A stretch of DNA of 64,000 nucleotides from an uncultured Candidatus Rokubacteria bacterium (GCA_963758635.1 CAVWWD010000005.1:608001-672000), one strand, 5' to 3'; shown: positions 1 to 9,997, numbered from the stretch's first letter. Made by a program: numbers and translations. The notes: generated by a model from the letters alone, not told the origin.

Positions 1-409
1 TGCCCGCCTCGATGACCATCGCCTCGGCGCCCTCGCCGAGCCGGCTCACCAGGCCGAGCGCGGCGCGCTGGGCCTGGACGAAGCGCGTCGGCGAGGTGTC
101 GGTGGCCTTCATGGAGGCCGAGCTGTCGAGCACGACCACGATGCGCTTGGCCCCGTGGCCCATCACGGTCACAGTGGGCCGCGCCAGCGCGAGGGACAGC
201 GCGATCAGCGCGAGGATCTGCAAGAGGATCAGGGGGTCGCGCTGCAGTCGCTGGAAGAAGGCCGAGGCCTCGCGGTCGCGGAGGGCCGACTCCCAGAGGA
301 GCAGGCTCGACACGGTGCGGGGCCGCCGCCGGACCTTCAGGAAGTACAGCAGCAGGAGCGGCACGGCGAGCGTCGACAGCAGCAGCGCGAGCGGAGAGAG
401 GAAACTCAT
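1..409 (-). CDS. BatA/vWA domain protein (runs off window start)
   Basis: Own translation MSFLSPLALLLSTLAVPLLLLYFLKVRRRPRTVSSLLLW...LALARP...VVVLDSSASM: BatA N-terminus and MIDAS DxSxS; ATGA overlap with the DUF58 stop. Confidence 0.85.
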   Translation of the reverse strand, partial: MSFLSPLALLLSTLAVPLLLLYFLKVRRRPRTVSSLLLWESALRDREASAFFQRLQRDPLILLQILALIALSLALARPTVTVMGHGAKRIVVVLDSSASMKATDTSPTRFVQAQRAALGLVSRLGEGAEAMVIEAG

Positions 410-1299
410 GCGACCAGGAATCCCTTCAGCTGTCTCAGCATGAACTCTTCGACCGGGGTGTCGGTGATCACCCGGTGGTAGCTGATCTCGTTCCCGCGGC
501 AGAACGTCTCGGCGCGCTCGAGGAACTCACGCAGGCGCTGCCGGTAGCTCCGGAGGGCCTCGCCGTCCAGGGTGAGGTCCCGCAGCTCCCCGGTCTCGGC
601 ATCGAGCAGCCGCAGGTCTCCGCCGAAGTCCGGGTTCATCTCCTCGGCGGCGAGCAGGTGGATCACGTGCACGTCGAAGCGCCGCTCCAGGAGGGCCTTG
701 AGACCACGCTCGTAGCCGCCTGCGTCGAGGAGGTCGGAGACGAGGACGGCCAGCCCGGGCTCGCGCGCTCGCCGCGCGAAGGCGCCGAGCGCCTCGTTCA
801 GCGAGGTGCGTCCGCTCGGCTGGACGCGGCCGAGGAAGTCCATGAGGGGCAGCGCCTGGTTGCGCCCGCGGCTCGGGCTCCAGCCCTCGGCCACGCTCTC
901 GCGCAGCACGGCGACGCCCACGCGCTCCAGGTTCACCAGACCCACGAAGCCGAGCGCGGCGGCGAGCCGGGCGGCGAAGGCGAGCTTGGACGGCACGCCG
1001 AAGCTCATCGAGGCGGAAGCGTCCACGAGGAGGTTCAGGCAGAGGTCCTCCTCGTCGACGAAGAGCTTGATGTAGAGGCGGTCGAGCCGGCCGTAGATGT
1101 TCCAGTCCACGTAGCGGAGGTCGTCACCCACACCGTAGGGCCGGAAGTCGGAGAACTCGACGCTGTTGCCCTTCCGGGGGCTCCGGCGCTCGCCCCGCAC
1201 CCGGCCGCGGAAGCTCCGACGCGACAGGAGCGCGAGACGCTCGAGCTGCGCCAGGAAGTCCGTGGACAGCAGGGACTGCGCCCGGACGGCGAGCGGCAC
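406..1299 (-). CDS. DUF58 domain protein
   Basis: GNSVEFSDFRPYGVGDDLRYVDWN and VDASASM motifs; in MoxR operon. Confidence 0.9.
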   Translation of the reverse strand: MPLAVRAQSLLSTDFLAQLERLALLSRRSFRGRVRGERRSPRKGNSVEFSDFRPYGVGDDLRYVDWNIYGRLDRLYIKLFVDEEDLCLNLLVDASASMSFGVPSKLAFAARLAAALGFVGLVNLERVGVAVLRESVAEGWSPSRGRNQALPLMDFLGRVQPSGRTSLNEALGAFARRAREPGLAVLVSDLLDAGGYERGLKALLERRFDVHVIHLLAAEEMNPDFGGDLRLLDAETGELRDLTLDGEALRSYRQRLREFLERAETFCRGNEISYHRVITDTPVEEFMLRQLKGFLVA

Positions 1300-1301
1300 G
1301 C

Positions 1302-2780
1302 CTAGCGCTCGTCCAGTGACTGGAAGTACTGCTTGATCTGCGCCTGGTAGTCGCGCGGCACCTGCTCGCGCGCGATGGCCTCCTCCATCATCTTCCGGTA
1401 CTGCCCGACGATGCCGAGGTACTGCAGGCGCGACGGGACGTTCGCGCCACGCCCGAGCAGGTTGGTGTCGAACCCGTCCTTCTTCCCGGAGCGCGACTCC
1501 CCTTCCACGCCTACGTCGAAGGGGTTCGCGCGCAGCCGCTGGGTGGGATCGCCCTTCGGCGTCGCGCTCCGTCCCTTGCCCGGATAGAGCCCTTCGCCCT
1601 CGGGGAACTCTCCGTCCTCGCCCATGCCGCCGGCGCCCTGCGAGCCCTTCCCTCGCTGGCCGCCGCGCCGGTCGTTCTCGCGGCCGCCGCGGAGCCCCTT
1701 GCCGTCGCGGCCCTTGTCCTCCATCGAGCGCATCTTCGAGAGCGCGCGCTCCATGGCGTCCATGGCCCGCTCGCTCTGACCGCCCTCGAGCGCTTCCATG
1801 CCCTCGGACACGTCGCCCGCCCAGGGCGCCTGCGTGCCGCCCGGCCCGCCCTTGCGGCCCAGCCGCTCCATCTCGCCCAGGAGCTCGCGCAGCTTCTCGG
1901 GCGAGACCTGATCGGGGCGGAGGCCCCCGCGGAGCTCCTTGGACTTCTGGAACACCATCCGGTGCTGGGTCTGCGTGAAGTCACGCTGCAGGTCTGGCAT
2001 CTTGTCCACCTGCTCCAGCATCCGGATGCGGTCGTCGCCTTTCTTCAGAAACGAGTTGAAGTCCGGGCTCCGGCCGCCCAGCGCGGTGTCCTTGAACACC
2101 GCGGCGAGGTCGCCGGGCTGGGTGGGCCCGCCGCCGCCCGCGCGGGGCGCGAGCGTGCGGTCCTGCATCTCGGACCGGCGCACGTCCTCGCGCTTGGTCG
2201 CGCGTTGCTTCGCGTCGGTCTCGAGCTGTCCGGCCCGCTCCTTGGGCGTCTCCTCGTCGTCCTCGGTGGACGCGATGAAGTTCGGCAGCGCGCCTTTCGG
2301 GAACGGAATCGGCGGGGCGAGGGCGAGCACGACGCCCAGGGCCAGGGGCACCGGGACGAACCGGGCCTCGCGCGGCCAGTGGCGCGCGATGATCCGGCGC
2401 TCCGGGCGCGTGGACACGCGCGCGATCGTGTCGGCGACGAGCGCGTCGACCAGCGGCGTGCGCTCGGGATGCTCGGCCCACTCGAGCGAGGTGGCGACGC
2501 GATCCTGGAGGCCGAAGCCGCGGTCGGCGAGGCGCGCCGCCTCGCTCGGGGACACGCGGCGCAGGTATCCGACGAGCACGCCGATGAGGGCCCCGGCGAT
2601 CAGCAGCCCACCCGCGGCCACGAAGGCCGCCGTCCCGAACCGCTCGCGCACGAGGAGCGGGATCGCCGCGGCGACCGCTCCGATGAAGAGGCCGCGAAGC
2701 CCCCAGAACTCGGCCCGCCGCAGGCGCACCTCTCGGATGACCTGCCGGACCAGACGATGGAGCACATGCGTGTCGGGCAT
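1302..2780 (-). CDS. membrane-anchored coiled-coil protein of MoxR/vWA operon
   Basis: N-terminal TM helices, LQDRVATSLE, Gly-rich tail, C-terminal EQVPRDYQAQIKQYF. Confidence 0.75.
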   Translation of the reverse strand: MPDTHVLHRLVRQVIREVRLRRAEFWGLRGLFIGAVAAAIPLLVRERFGTAAFVAAGGLLIAGALIGVLVGYLRRVSPSEAARLADRGFGLQDRVATSLEWAEHPERTPLVDALVADTIARVSTRPERRIIARHWPREARFVPVPLALGVVLALAPPIPFPKGALPNFIASTEDDEETPKERAGQLETDAKQRATKREDVRRSEMQDRTLAPRAGGGGPTQPGDLAAVFKDTALGGRSPDFNSFLKKGDDRIRMLEQVDKMPDLQRDFTQTQHRMVFQKSKELRGGLRPDQVSPEKLRELLGEMERLGRKGGPGGTQAPWAGDVSEGMEALEGGQSERAMDAMERALSKMRSMEDKGRDGKGLRGGRENDRRGGQRGKGSQGAGGMGEDGEFPEGEGLYPGKGRSATPKGDPTQRLRANPFDVGVEGESRSGKKDGFDTNLLGRGANVPSRLQYLGIVGQYRKMMEEAIAREQVPRDYQAQIKQYFQSLDER

Positions 2781-2817
2781 CGTGCCGTCTCCCTCGCGGT
2801 GAAGAGCGTGCGCTCGG

Positions 2818-3855
2818 CTACCGGACGAACGCGTCTTTTCCGGTGGCGCTGAGCTCCTCGGCGGCCTCGATGAGCTGCTCGATGAGGCGCTCGCTGTCGA
2901 TGCCCTCGGCCTCTCCCTCGAAGTTCAGGATGATCCGGTGTCGGAGGGCGGGCGCCGCGATGGCACGGAGATCATCGCGGCTGACGTTCGCGCGCCCCTC
3001 GGACAGCGCGCGCACCTTGGCGCCAAGGACGAGCGCCTGGGCGCCCCGCGGGCTCGCCCCGTAGCGGACGAACCGCCGGGTGACCTCTGGGGCACGCTCC
3101 CACGCCGGGTGGCTGGCCAGGATGATCGTCGAGGCGAGGTCGCGGACGTGCGAGGCCATCGGCACCTCGCGGACTAGCTCGCGATAGCGGAGCACCTGGG
3201 CGCCCGCCATCACACGCTGCACGGAGACCTCGCGCGGTCGGGTCGTACGGTCGATGATCTCGGTCAGCTCCTCGAGGGCGGGATACCGCACACGGAGCTT
3301 GAAGAGGAAGCGATCGAGCTGCGCCTCCGGCAGGGGATACGTTCCCTCCATCTCGATCGGGTTCTGCGTCGCGAGCACGAAGAACGGCGAGGGGAGGAGG
3401 TGGCCGGTCCCGGAGACCGTGACCGATCCCTCCTGCATGCCCTCGAGCAGGGCCGACTGCGTCTTCGGCGTGGCCCGGTTCACCTCGTCGGCGAGGAGGA
3501 TGTGGCCGAAGATGGGCCCGCGCTGGTACTGGAAGTGCTTCCGCCCGTCGGCGTCCTCGACGATGATGTTCGTCCCGATGATGTCGCCGGGCATGAGGTC
3601 GGGCGTGAACTGGATCCGCGAGAACGACAGGTCCAGCGACTCGGCGAGCGTGCGGATCAGCAGCGTCTTGCCCAGGCCGGGAACGCCCTCGAGGAGCACG
3701 TGCCCGCCCGCGAAGAGACTGGTGAGGACCTGGTTGATCACGTCGTCGTGACCGACGATGACCTTCTGCACCTCGCTCCGGAGCGAGCGGAAGGCCGCGA
3801 CGAACTCCTCGACGCGCCGCTCCTGGGGCTCGGCGGGCTGGGGGGACTCGGTCAT
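2818..3855 (-). CDS. moxR: MoxR family AAA+ ATPase
   Basis: GHVLLEGVPGLGKT, RIQFTPDLMPGD, LADEVNRATPKTQSALLE, ATQNPIEMEGTYPLPEAQLDRF. Confidence 0.95.
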   Translation of the reverse strand: MTESPQPAEPQERRVEEFVAAFRSLRSEVQKVIVGHDDVINQVLTSLFAGGHVLLEGVPGLGKTLLIRTLAESLDLSFSRIQFTPDLMPGDIIGTNIIVEDADGRKHFQYQRGPIFGHILLADEVNRATPKTQSALLEGMQEGSVTVSGTGHLLPSPFFVLATQNPIEMEGTYPLPEAQLDRFLFKLRVRYPALEELTEIIDRTTRPREVSVQRVMAGAQVLRYRELVREVPMASHVRDLASTIILASHPAWERAPEVTRRFVRYGASPRGAQALVLGAKVRALSEGRANVSRDDLRAIAAPALRHRIILNFEGEAEGIDSERLIEQLIEAAEELSATGKDAFVR

Positions 3856-4083
3856 GCAGGACTCCTTTCCCGGATCGGGAGGGCGGCCGAGCGATTTCGC
3901 TCATGATAGGGGTGGTCCTCCCGATCGTCAACCGCACCGGCCTGATTTCCCGACGACGACGGACGGTGGAACCGTTGCCAGCCGGGTGACACTCTCAACA
4001 AGCAGGCCACGGGTGTCGGAGGCCGTGCTAAGGTTGCGGGGGTCAGGGTCAGGCGCGGCCGTGAGCCGCTCAGGGAGGACCGG

Positions 4084-4353
4084 ATGGAACGTCTACCGTC
4101 GGACCTGGACTGCCGGGAGTGCATCGAGCTCCTGGCGGAATACGTAGACGGACTCCTGCCGAAGGCCACGGCCGAGGTGCTCGAGTGGCACCTCGAGGGC
4201 TGCGCGCCCTGCATCGCGTTCCTGAACACCTACAAGGGCACCGTCGACGCGGCGAAGCGCCTGCGCGAGACGAAGCTGCCGCCCGAGCTCCGACAGAAGC
4301 TGGTGGCGTTCCTGAAACGCTCCGAGGTCGCCGGGCGCGACCCCGCGCCCTAG
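4084..4353 (+). CDS. zf-HC2 (ZAS) zinc-finger anti-sigma-like protein
   Basis: CRECIELLAEYVDG...HLEGCAPC (HxxxCxxC); GGAGG RBS. Confidence 0.85.
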   Translation: MERLPSDLDCRECIELLAEYVDGLLPKATAEVLEWHLEGCAPCIAFLNTYKGTVDAAKRLRETKLPPELRQKLVAFLKRSEVAGRDPAP

Positions 4354-4380
4354 ACGTGCTCCGCCGTCCTCTCGTCCAGA

Positions 4381-4476
4381 GGTTGTGAAAGAACGCGGAT
4401 CCTGACTTCAGCGAGCGGGCGAACACCGCGATTCCGCGGACACGCGGCGTGCCGTCTCGCCGTCCATTCAGATCTC
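4381..4476 (-). repeat. Dispersed repeat family C (about 95 bp, MITE-like)
   Basis: Reverse complement GAGATCTGAATGGACGGCGAGACGGCACGCCGCG...TTCTTTCACAACC matches 55894-55990 and the other C copies. Confidence 0.85.
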
Positions 4477-4478
4477 CT

Positions 4479-5027
4479 TCAGGGCAGCAGCCGACGGACG
4501 GCCTCCACCGCCCCCTCCCCCGCCCAGTCCATCTCGCCGATCACGCTGTAGCGCACTCGCCCCGTCGCGTCCACGAGGAAGCTGGCGGGCAGCACGCGTA
4601 CTCGCCAGGCGCGCGGCGCATCCGTGTTCGGGTCCAGGAGGACGCGGAGCCCGAGGGTCAGCCGCCGTGTGAACTCGGCCACCTTGGGCCGCGACTCTCC
4701 GTGATTCACGGCGAGGATCGCGAAGGGGCGGCCGGCAAGGCGCCGCTCGAGCGCCTGCATCGAGGGCATCTCCTCGATGCACGGCTCGCACCACGTCGCC
4801 CAGAAGTTGAGCAGGACGACCTTGCCGCGGTAGTCCTCGAGCGTGTGACGCCGGCCGTCGAGGTCCGCGAGGGACAGGGCCGGGGTCGCGCCCCGCCACG
4901 GGATGAAGCGCGAGGGCTCGGCGCGCGCGGCCGGGGCCAGGACGACGGCGCCCGCGGTGATCGCCGCCAGCGCCACCAGCATGCCGCGGAGGCCGCGGAG
5001 CCCGCGCCGCCCCCGCGCGGCCTGCAC
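4479..5027 (-). CDS. TlpA/ResA-family thiol-disulfide oxidoreductase
   Basis: GKVVLLNFWATWCEPCIEEMP; signal peptide; start GTG 5027 or ATG 4982. Confidence 0.9.
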   Translation of the reverse strand: MQAARGRRGLRGLRGMLVALAAITAGAVVLAPAARAEPSRFIPWRGATPALSLADLDGRRHTLEDYRGKVVLLNFWATWCEPCIEEMPSMQALERRLAGRPFAILAVNHGESRPKVAEFTRRLTLGLRVLLDPNTDAPRAWRVRVLPASFLVDATGRVRYSVIGEMDWAGEGAVEAVRRLLP

Positions 5028-5032
5028 GCACC

Positions 5033-6145
5033 TCAGGCCTTGAGCTCGCGCGCCGTGATCGTGTACCGGAAGTTGTCCGGGTCGAGCGGATCGCGACGGC
5101 CCTGGGCGGTTTCCCCTTGCGGATACATGAAGAAGCCGACGCGCCCCCCCTGGGTCGCCTCCGGCAGCGCCACGTCGTGCGCCGCGTTGTACGCGAGCCA
5201 GTTGCCTTCCCACCCGCCGAAGAGCTTCGGACGCACCGCCTCGACGATCGGGTGGTCGATCTTCAGCCACTCCGACGTCTCCTCCCGGGCGACCTTCCCG
5301 ACGTCCGCGGGGTCCATCGCGACCCAGCCGTGGTCCTTCAGGAACACCTCCGCGCGGCAATGCTGGGCGCGTGTGATGTTGGCGCTCCCCGCGCCGAGGG
5401 CCTTGTAGCCGAAGGCGGATGGCGCGAGCCGGATGCCGTAGATGTCGCGGGCGGGCACCCCCACCGATCGGACGAGGCCGACGAACAGGCCGTTGATGTC
5501 GCCGCACTTGCCCCCGAAGTTCTTCGTCTCCAGCATCGCCTTGATGTCACCCACGCCGCAGCCGCGCACCTTCGGCTCGCGGTAGGTGTTGGCGAGGATC
5601 CACTCGTAGACCGCCTTCACCTTCTGGACGTCGGTCTTCGCGCCCTTCGTGATCTCGACGGCCGTCTCCCGCACGATGCCGTCGGTGGGCATCAGGTCGG
5701 TCGGCTGCATCCACTGCCGGAGCGTGGCCGCGCCTTCCGCGACCGGCGTCTTCTTCGTCCAGTCCAGCGCGCGGTCCTGCGTCTGCACCTGGCTCACCAC
5801 CTCGAGGACGGCCGCGGCCTCACCCTCCGCCCATTCCGCGTACACGATGCCCGCGCCGTACTTGGCGTCGGTCACCGAGCGCATGACTCGCGCGTTCCCC
5901 GTCCAGCGGTTCTCGACGCCGCGCTGGTACTCGCCGGTGACCACCGGAATCGGCACCCACGCGCGGGCCACCCCCGCGGGCTGGACCACCTCGATCCGGG
6001 TCGTCACCTCGAACGTGCGCCACGTGCCTGGGCGCGGCTCGAAGATCCTCGGCTGCGCGCCCGCGGCTGGGGCCAGGCCGACGGCGCGAGACGCCGCGAT
6101 GCCTGCCGCCGTGGTGGAGATGGTCAGAAACGAACGCCGGTTCAT
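5033..6145 (-). CDS. Tat-exported transglutaminase-like protein
   Basis: MNRRSFLT twin-arginine signal; catalytic triad motifs GGKCGDINGLFV, QHCRAEVF, WVAMDPAD. Confidence 0.9.
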   Translation of the reverse strand: MNRRSFLTISTTAAGIAASRAVGLAPAAGAQPRIFEPRPGTWRTFEVTTRIEVVQPAGVARAWVPIPVVTGEYQRGVENRWTGNARVMRSVTDAKYGAGIVYAEWAEGEAAAVLEVVSQVQTQDRALDWTKKTPVAEGAATLRQWMQPTDLMPTDGIVRETAVEITKGAKTDVQKVKAVYEWILANTYREPKVRGCGVGDIKAMLETKNFGGKCGDINGLFVGLVRSVGVPARDIYGIRLAPSAFGYKALGAGSANITRAQHCRAEVFLKDHGWVAMDPADVGKVAREETSEWLKIDHPIVEAVRPKLFGGWEGNWLAYNAAHDVALPEATQGGRVGFFMYPQGETAQGRRDPLDPDNFRYTITARELKA

Positions 6146-6194
6146 GTGAACGGTCCTCCTTTTGCGTCGGAGCGATGACGACGATCGGAGCGAA

Positions 6195-6268
6195 ATGATA
6201 TCGGCCGCAGGAAGGAAGTCCAATCGATTCATCCGATACCGGCTTCGGCGACCATCGGCAGGCACGAT
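6195..6268 (-). promoter_or_regulatory. sigma70-type promoter with two LysR-type boxes
   Basis: Minus strand TTGGAC (6218-6223)-17 nt-TATCAT (6195-6200); ATCG-N7-CGAT palindromes at 6223-6237 and 6254-6268. Confidence 0.65.
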
Positions 6269-6307
6269 CGAGGCTGCGTGCCGGGCGCGGACGGAGGAGG
6301 GGACGCG

Positions 6308-7207
6308 TCAGGAAGAGAGGGCTTCGGCTTCGAGGAAAACGCGGAAGGCCTCGGCGAGCGGCGAGCGGGTGCGCTCTCGATGCGTGCACAGGTGGAACGC
6401 CCGCGTGATCTTCAACTCCTTCACCCGGAGGCTCCACAGCGTTCCCTGGCGGCACTCTTCCTCGACGGCCCGTCGGGACATCACGGTGACCCCGACGCCC
6501 GCCCTCACCGCGAGCTTGATGGCCTGATTCGAGCCCATCTCGCCGGCGAGGCGGAAGCTCGACAGCCCCACGCCGGCGCCGGCCAGCGCTCCTTCCAGCG
6601 CGGATCGCGTCCCGGAGCCGCGCTCACGGATGAGCAGCGGCTCGGTGAGCAGCTCGGCCAGCGTGACGTGCTTCCTGCCGTTCCACGCATGGCCGGGGCT
6701 CACCACGACCACTTCCTCGTCCGGCATCAGCTCGCGGTACTCGACGTGCCGGTTCGCGAGCTGAGCGCCGACCACGCCCAGCTCGACGCGCCCGTCGGCG
6801 ACCCAGTCGACCACGATCTGGCTGCCGCCGATCAGGAGGGACACCGCGATGTCCGGGTACTTCTCCTTGAAGCGGCCCACGAGGATGGGCAGGACGTGCT
6901 CGCCCGGGATCGTGCTTCCCCCGACGACGAGCTCGCCGGTCATCTTGCCCTGGAAGCTGTCCACGGCCTGCCGCGCTTCCTTCTGGAGCGCGAGCAAACG
7001 GTGGGCGTACGTCAGGAGCACCTGCCCCACGCGGGTGACACTGGCTCCGCGCCCCAGGCGGTCGAGGAGGCGCGCGCCCACCTCGTCCTCGAGCGTCCGG
7101 ATGTGCTCGGAGATCGTGGGCTGGGTGAGGTGCAGGGCTTCCGCGGCGCGCGAGAAGGACCCGAGCTCCGCCACCTTCGAGAAGATCTCGAGCTGTCTCA
7201 GGTCCAT
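6308..7207 (-). CDS. LysR-family regulator (resembles CysL/selenium-metabolism-associated subfamily)
   Basis: MDLRQLEIFSKVAELGSFSRAAEALHLTQPTISEHIRTLE; GGSTIPGEHVLP; RERGSGTR. Confidence 0.9.
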   Translation of the reverse strand: MDLRQLEIFSKVAELGSFSRAAEALHLTQPTISEHIRTLEDEVGARLLDRLGRGASVTRVGQVLLTYAHRLLALQKEARQAVDSFQGKMTGELVVGGSTIPGEHVLPILVGRFKEKYPDIAVSLLIGGSQIVVDWVADGRVELGVVGAQLANRHVEYRELMPDEEVVVVSPGHAWNGRKHVTLAELLTEPLLIRERGSGTRSALEGALAGAGVGLSSFRLAGEMGSNQAIKLAVRAGVGVTVMSRRAVEEECRQGTLWSLRVKELKITRAFHLCTHRERTRSPLAEAFRVFLEAEALSS

Positions 7208-7263
7208 TGCGCTTCGAAGTATATCAGTGGCCGCCAGCCGGGATCGGGCCGACGCGCGCCCGC

Positions 7264-8649
7264 TCAGCGCGAGAGCTGCGCGGCGGCCTCCATGAGCCCC
7301 TCGGCGAGGGTGGGATGCGCGTGGATGGTCGCGGCGACGTCCTCGGCGAGGAGCGCGGCCTCCACGGCGAGCGCGCCTTCCGCGATCAGCTCGCCCGCGC
7401 CCGGCCCCACGATGCCGACACCGAGGACACGCCCGGTGTCGGGGTCGGCGAGCACCTTCGTGACGCCGTCCGCGCGACCGAGCGTGGCCGCTCGGCCCGA
7501 GGCGGCCCAGGCGAACCGGGCGATCCGGACGGCGCGTCCGGCCCGCGACGCGGCGGCCTCGGTGAGACCGCACCACGCTACTTCCGGGTCGGTGAACACC
7601 ACCGCGGGGACGACGACGTTGTCGAACGCGGCGGCGCGGCCGGCGATCGCCTCGGCGGCCACCACGCCCTGTCGCATCGCACGGTGGGCAAGCATGGGCT
7701 CTCCGGTGACGTCTCCGACGGCGTACACGTGCGGGTCCGCGGTCCGGCCGCGCTCGTCCACGCGGATGACGCCGCGATCGTCCGCGCGAACGCCCGTCGC
7801 CTCCAGACCGAGGCCATCGGACACGGCGCGGCGGCCCACGGCCACGAGCGCGCGATCGAAGCGCGCCACCTCGCCGCCGCCGAGGAGGGCCTCGACCTCC
7901 GCGCCCCGCTCGCGGAGATCGGCGATCCGCGTGCCGATCCGCACCGACGTGAACTGACGCTCGACGCGCCGGGCCAGCGGCGTCACGAGATCACGGTCGG
8001 CCCCGGGCAGGAGCCCGTCGGTCATCTCGACGAGCGTCACCGCGCTCCCCAGGGCGGCGTAGACCTGGCCGAGCTCGAGCCCGATGTAGCCGCCGCCGAT
8101 CACGAGGAGCCGCTCGGGAACGTCGGCGACCTCGAGGGCCGCCGTCGAGTCCATCACGCGATCGCCGAGGGACGCCACGCCCGGAAGCGGCGCGGGCCGG
8201 CTGCCCGTGGCGATGATCGCGTGCACGAAGCCGATCCGGCGCGCCTCCTCGCCCTCGACGCGGAGCTGCCGCGATCCCTCGAACACCGCGCGGCCGACGA
8301 CGAGCTCCACGCCCTTGCCCTTGGCGCTGGCGGCGAGGCCACGCGCGAGCCGGCCCACCACCCGGTCGGCCTTCCATTTCCTGAGCGCGTCGAGCGACAC
8401 GCGGGGCGGCCCGAAGTCCACCCCGAAGTCGCGGGCCCGTTCCGCCTCCGCGATCAGCCCCGCCACGTGCAGGAGCGCCTTGGACGGGATGCAGCCCTCG
8501 TGCAGGCACGCGCCGCCGAGGCGCCCGGCCGCGTCCACGATCACGGTCTCGAGGCCCAGCTCGGCGCAGCGGAAGGCGGCCGAGTAGCCACCCGGCCCGC
8601 CGCCGACCACGACGACGTCGACCTCCCGGACGAGATCGCCCATCACCAT
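7264..8649 (-). CDS. lpdA: dihydrolipoyl dehydrogenase (E3)
   Basis: GGGPGGY, GGACLHEGCIPSK redox disulfide, HAHPTLAE. Confidence 0.95.
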   Translation of the reverse strand: MVMGDLVREVDVVVVGGGPGGYSAAFRCAELGLETVIVDAAGRLGGACLHEGCIPSKALLHVAGLIAEAERARDFGVDFGPPRVSLDALRKWKADRVVGRLARGLAASAKGKGVELVVGRAVFEGSRQLRVEGEEARRIGFVHAIIATGSRPAPLPGVASLGDRVMDSTAALEVADVPERLLVIGGGYIGLELGQVYAALGSAVTLVEMTDGLLPGADRDLVTPLARRVERQFTSVRIGTRIADLRERGAEVEALLGGGEVARFDRALVAVGRRAVSDGLGLEATGVRADDRGVIRVDERGRTADPHVYAVGDVTGEPMLAHRAMRQGVVAAEAIAGRAAAFDNVVVPAVVFTDPEVAWCGLTEAAASRAGRAVRIARFAWAASGRAATLGRADGVTKVLADPDTGRVLGVGIVGPGAGELIAEGALAVEAALLAEDVAATIHAHPTLAEGLMEAAAQLSR

Positions 8650-8653
8650 GGCG

Positions 8654-9982
8654 CTACAGGCCCAGCAGGAGCTGCTGCGGGTGCTCCAGGCGCCGCACGA
8701 TGTCCGCGCAGAAGCGCGCGCCGTCGGCCCCGTCGGCCACCCGATGATCGAACGTGAGGGACAGCGGCAGGCAGAAGCGCGGCACGATCCCGCCGTCGCG
8801 GACCACGGCCTCGTGGCGTCCCCGCGCGACCGCGAGGATCGCCACCTCCGGATAGTTGATGATGGGGATCGCCCCGGTGCCGCCCAGCGCGCCGGTGTTC
8901 GTGATGGTGAAGGTGCCGCCGCGGAGGTCGTCCAGGCCCGCCTTGCCCTCGCGGACGCGCTGGGCCAGCGCCGCGAGCTCGCGCGCCAGCTCGAGCACGG
9001 GCTTCTGGTCCACGTCGCGGATCACCGGGACGATCAGCCCACGCTCGGTGGCGACGGCCACCCCGACGTGGCAGTAGCGCTTGAGGATCATCTCCCCCGC
9101 CGCCGCGTCGAGGCTCCCGTTGAACGTGGGATGGTCCCGGAGGGCCAGGGACACCGCCTTGAGGAGGAAGCTGGTCAGGGTGAGGTAGACGCCTCGGCCC
9201 TGGGCCGCCTCGACGTTGTCCCGGACGAGCGCGTCCAGCTCGGTGATGTCGGCGCGGTCGAAGTGCGTGACGTGCGGGACGAGCGTCGCGGAGAGCGTCA
9301 TGCGTTCGGCGATGGTGCGGCGGAGATGCGACAGCGGGACGCGCTCGACCGGCCCCCACTGCTCGAAGCGCGGGAGCGGCGGCGGCTCCACGCCGACGGC
9401 GGCGAGCGGCCGGGACGCCGCGGCAGCCGGCGCCGGCGGGACGGCGGTCGCCGATGATGGTGGGCCCGCGGGGGCGGCCGCCGCCGCGGACGGAGCGGCC
9501 ACGCGGGAGCCTGCGGCCGCCGCGCGCACGTCCTCGTCGCCGATGCGCCCGCCGGGGCCGGTGCCGCGGACGGAGCGGAGATCCACGCCGAGCTCACGCG
9601 CGAGCCGGCGCGTCGCCGGCGTGGCGGGCGGCGGACCGTCGGCGTGCTCCCGAACGGCCGCCGCGCTGCCCGTGCCGACGGCGCCCGGCGCGCCGGCCCG
9701 CGTGGAGGACGGCACGGGCGCCGGCCGCGTCGCGGGCGCCTCGGCGTCCCCGAAGCTGACCAGCGGCGCCCCCACCTTCACCGTCTCGCCGGGCCGGACG
9801 TGGATGCGCTCCACGCGTCCCGCGAACGGCGACGGGATCTCGACCTGGGCCTTGTCGGTCTCCACCTCCAGGAGCGGCGCGTCCTCGGCGACGTCCTCCC
9901 CTTCCCGTACGAGGATCCGGACGATCTCGGCCTCGGTCAGGCCCTCGCCCAGGTCGGGCAACGCAAAGGTGCGGGCGGCCAC
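8654..9982 (-). CDS. dihydrolipoamide acyltransferase (E2)
   Basis: Lipoyl domain ETDKAQVEIPSP, E3-binding ATPATRRLARELGVDL, catalytic DHRVADG. Confidence 0.95.
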   Translation of the reverse strand: MAARTFALPDLGEGLTEAEIVRILVREGEDVAEDAPLLEVETDKAQVEIPSPFAGRVERIHVRPGETVKVGAPLVSFGDAEAPATRPAPVPSSTRAGAPGAVGTGSAAAVREHADGPPPATPATRRLARELGVDLRSVRGTGPGGRIGDEDVRAAAAGSRVAAPSAAAAAPAGPPSSATAVPPAPAAAASRPLAAVGVEPPPLPRFEQWGPVERVPLSHLRRTIAERMTLSATLVPHVTHFDRADITELDALVRDNVEAAQGRGVYLTLTSFLLKAVSLALRDHPTFNGSLDAAAGEMILKRYCHVGVAVATERGLIVPVIRDVDQKPVLELARELAALAQRVREGKAGLDDLRGGTFTITNTGALGGTGAIPIINYPEVAILAVARGRHEAVVRDGGIVPRFCLPLSLTFDHRVADGADGARFCADIVRRLEHPQQLLLGL

Positions 9983-9997
9983 GGCGAGCGCGCTCCG

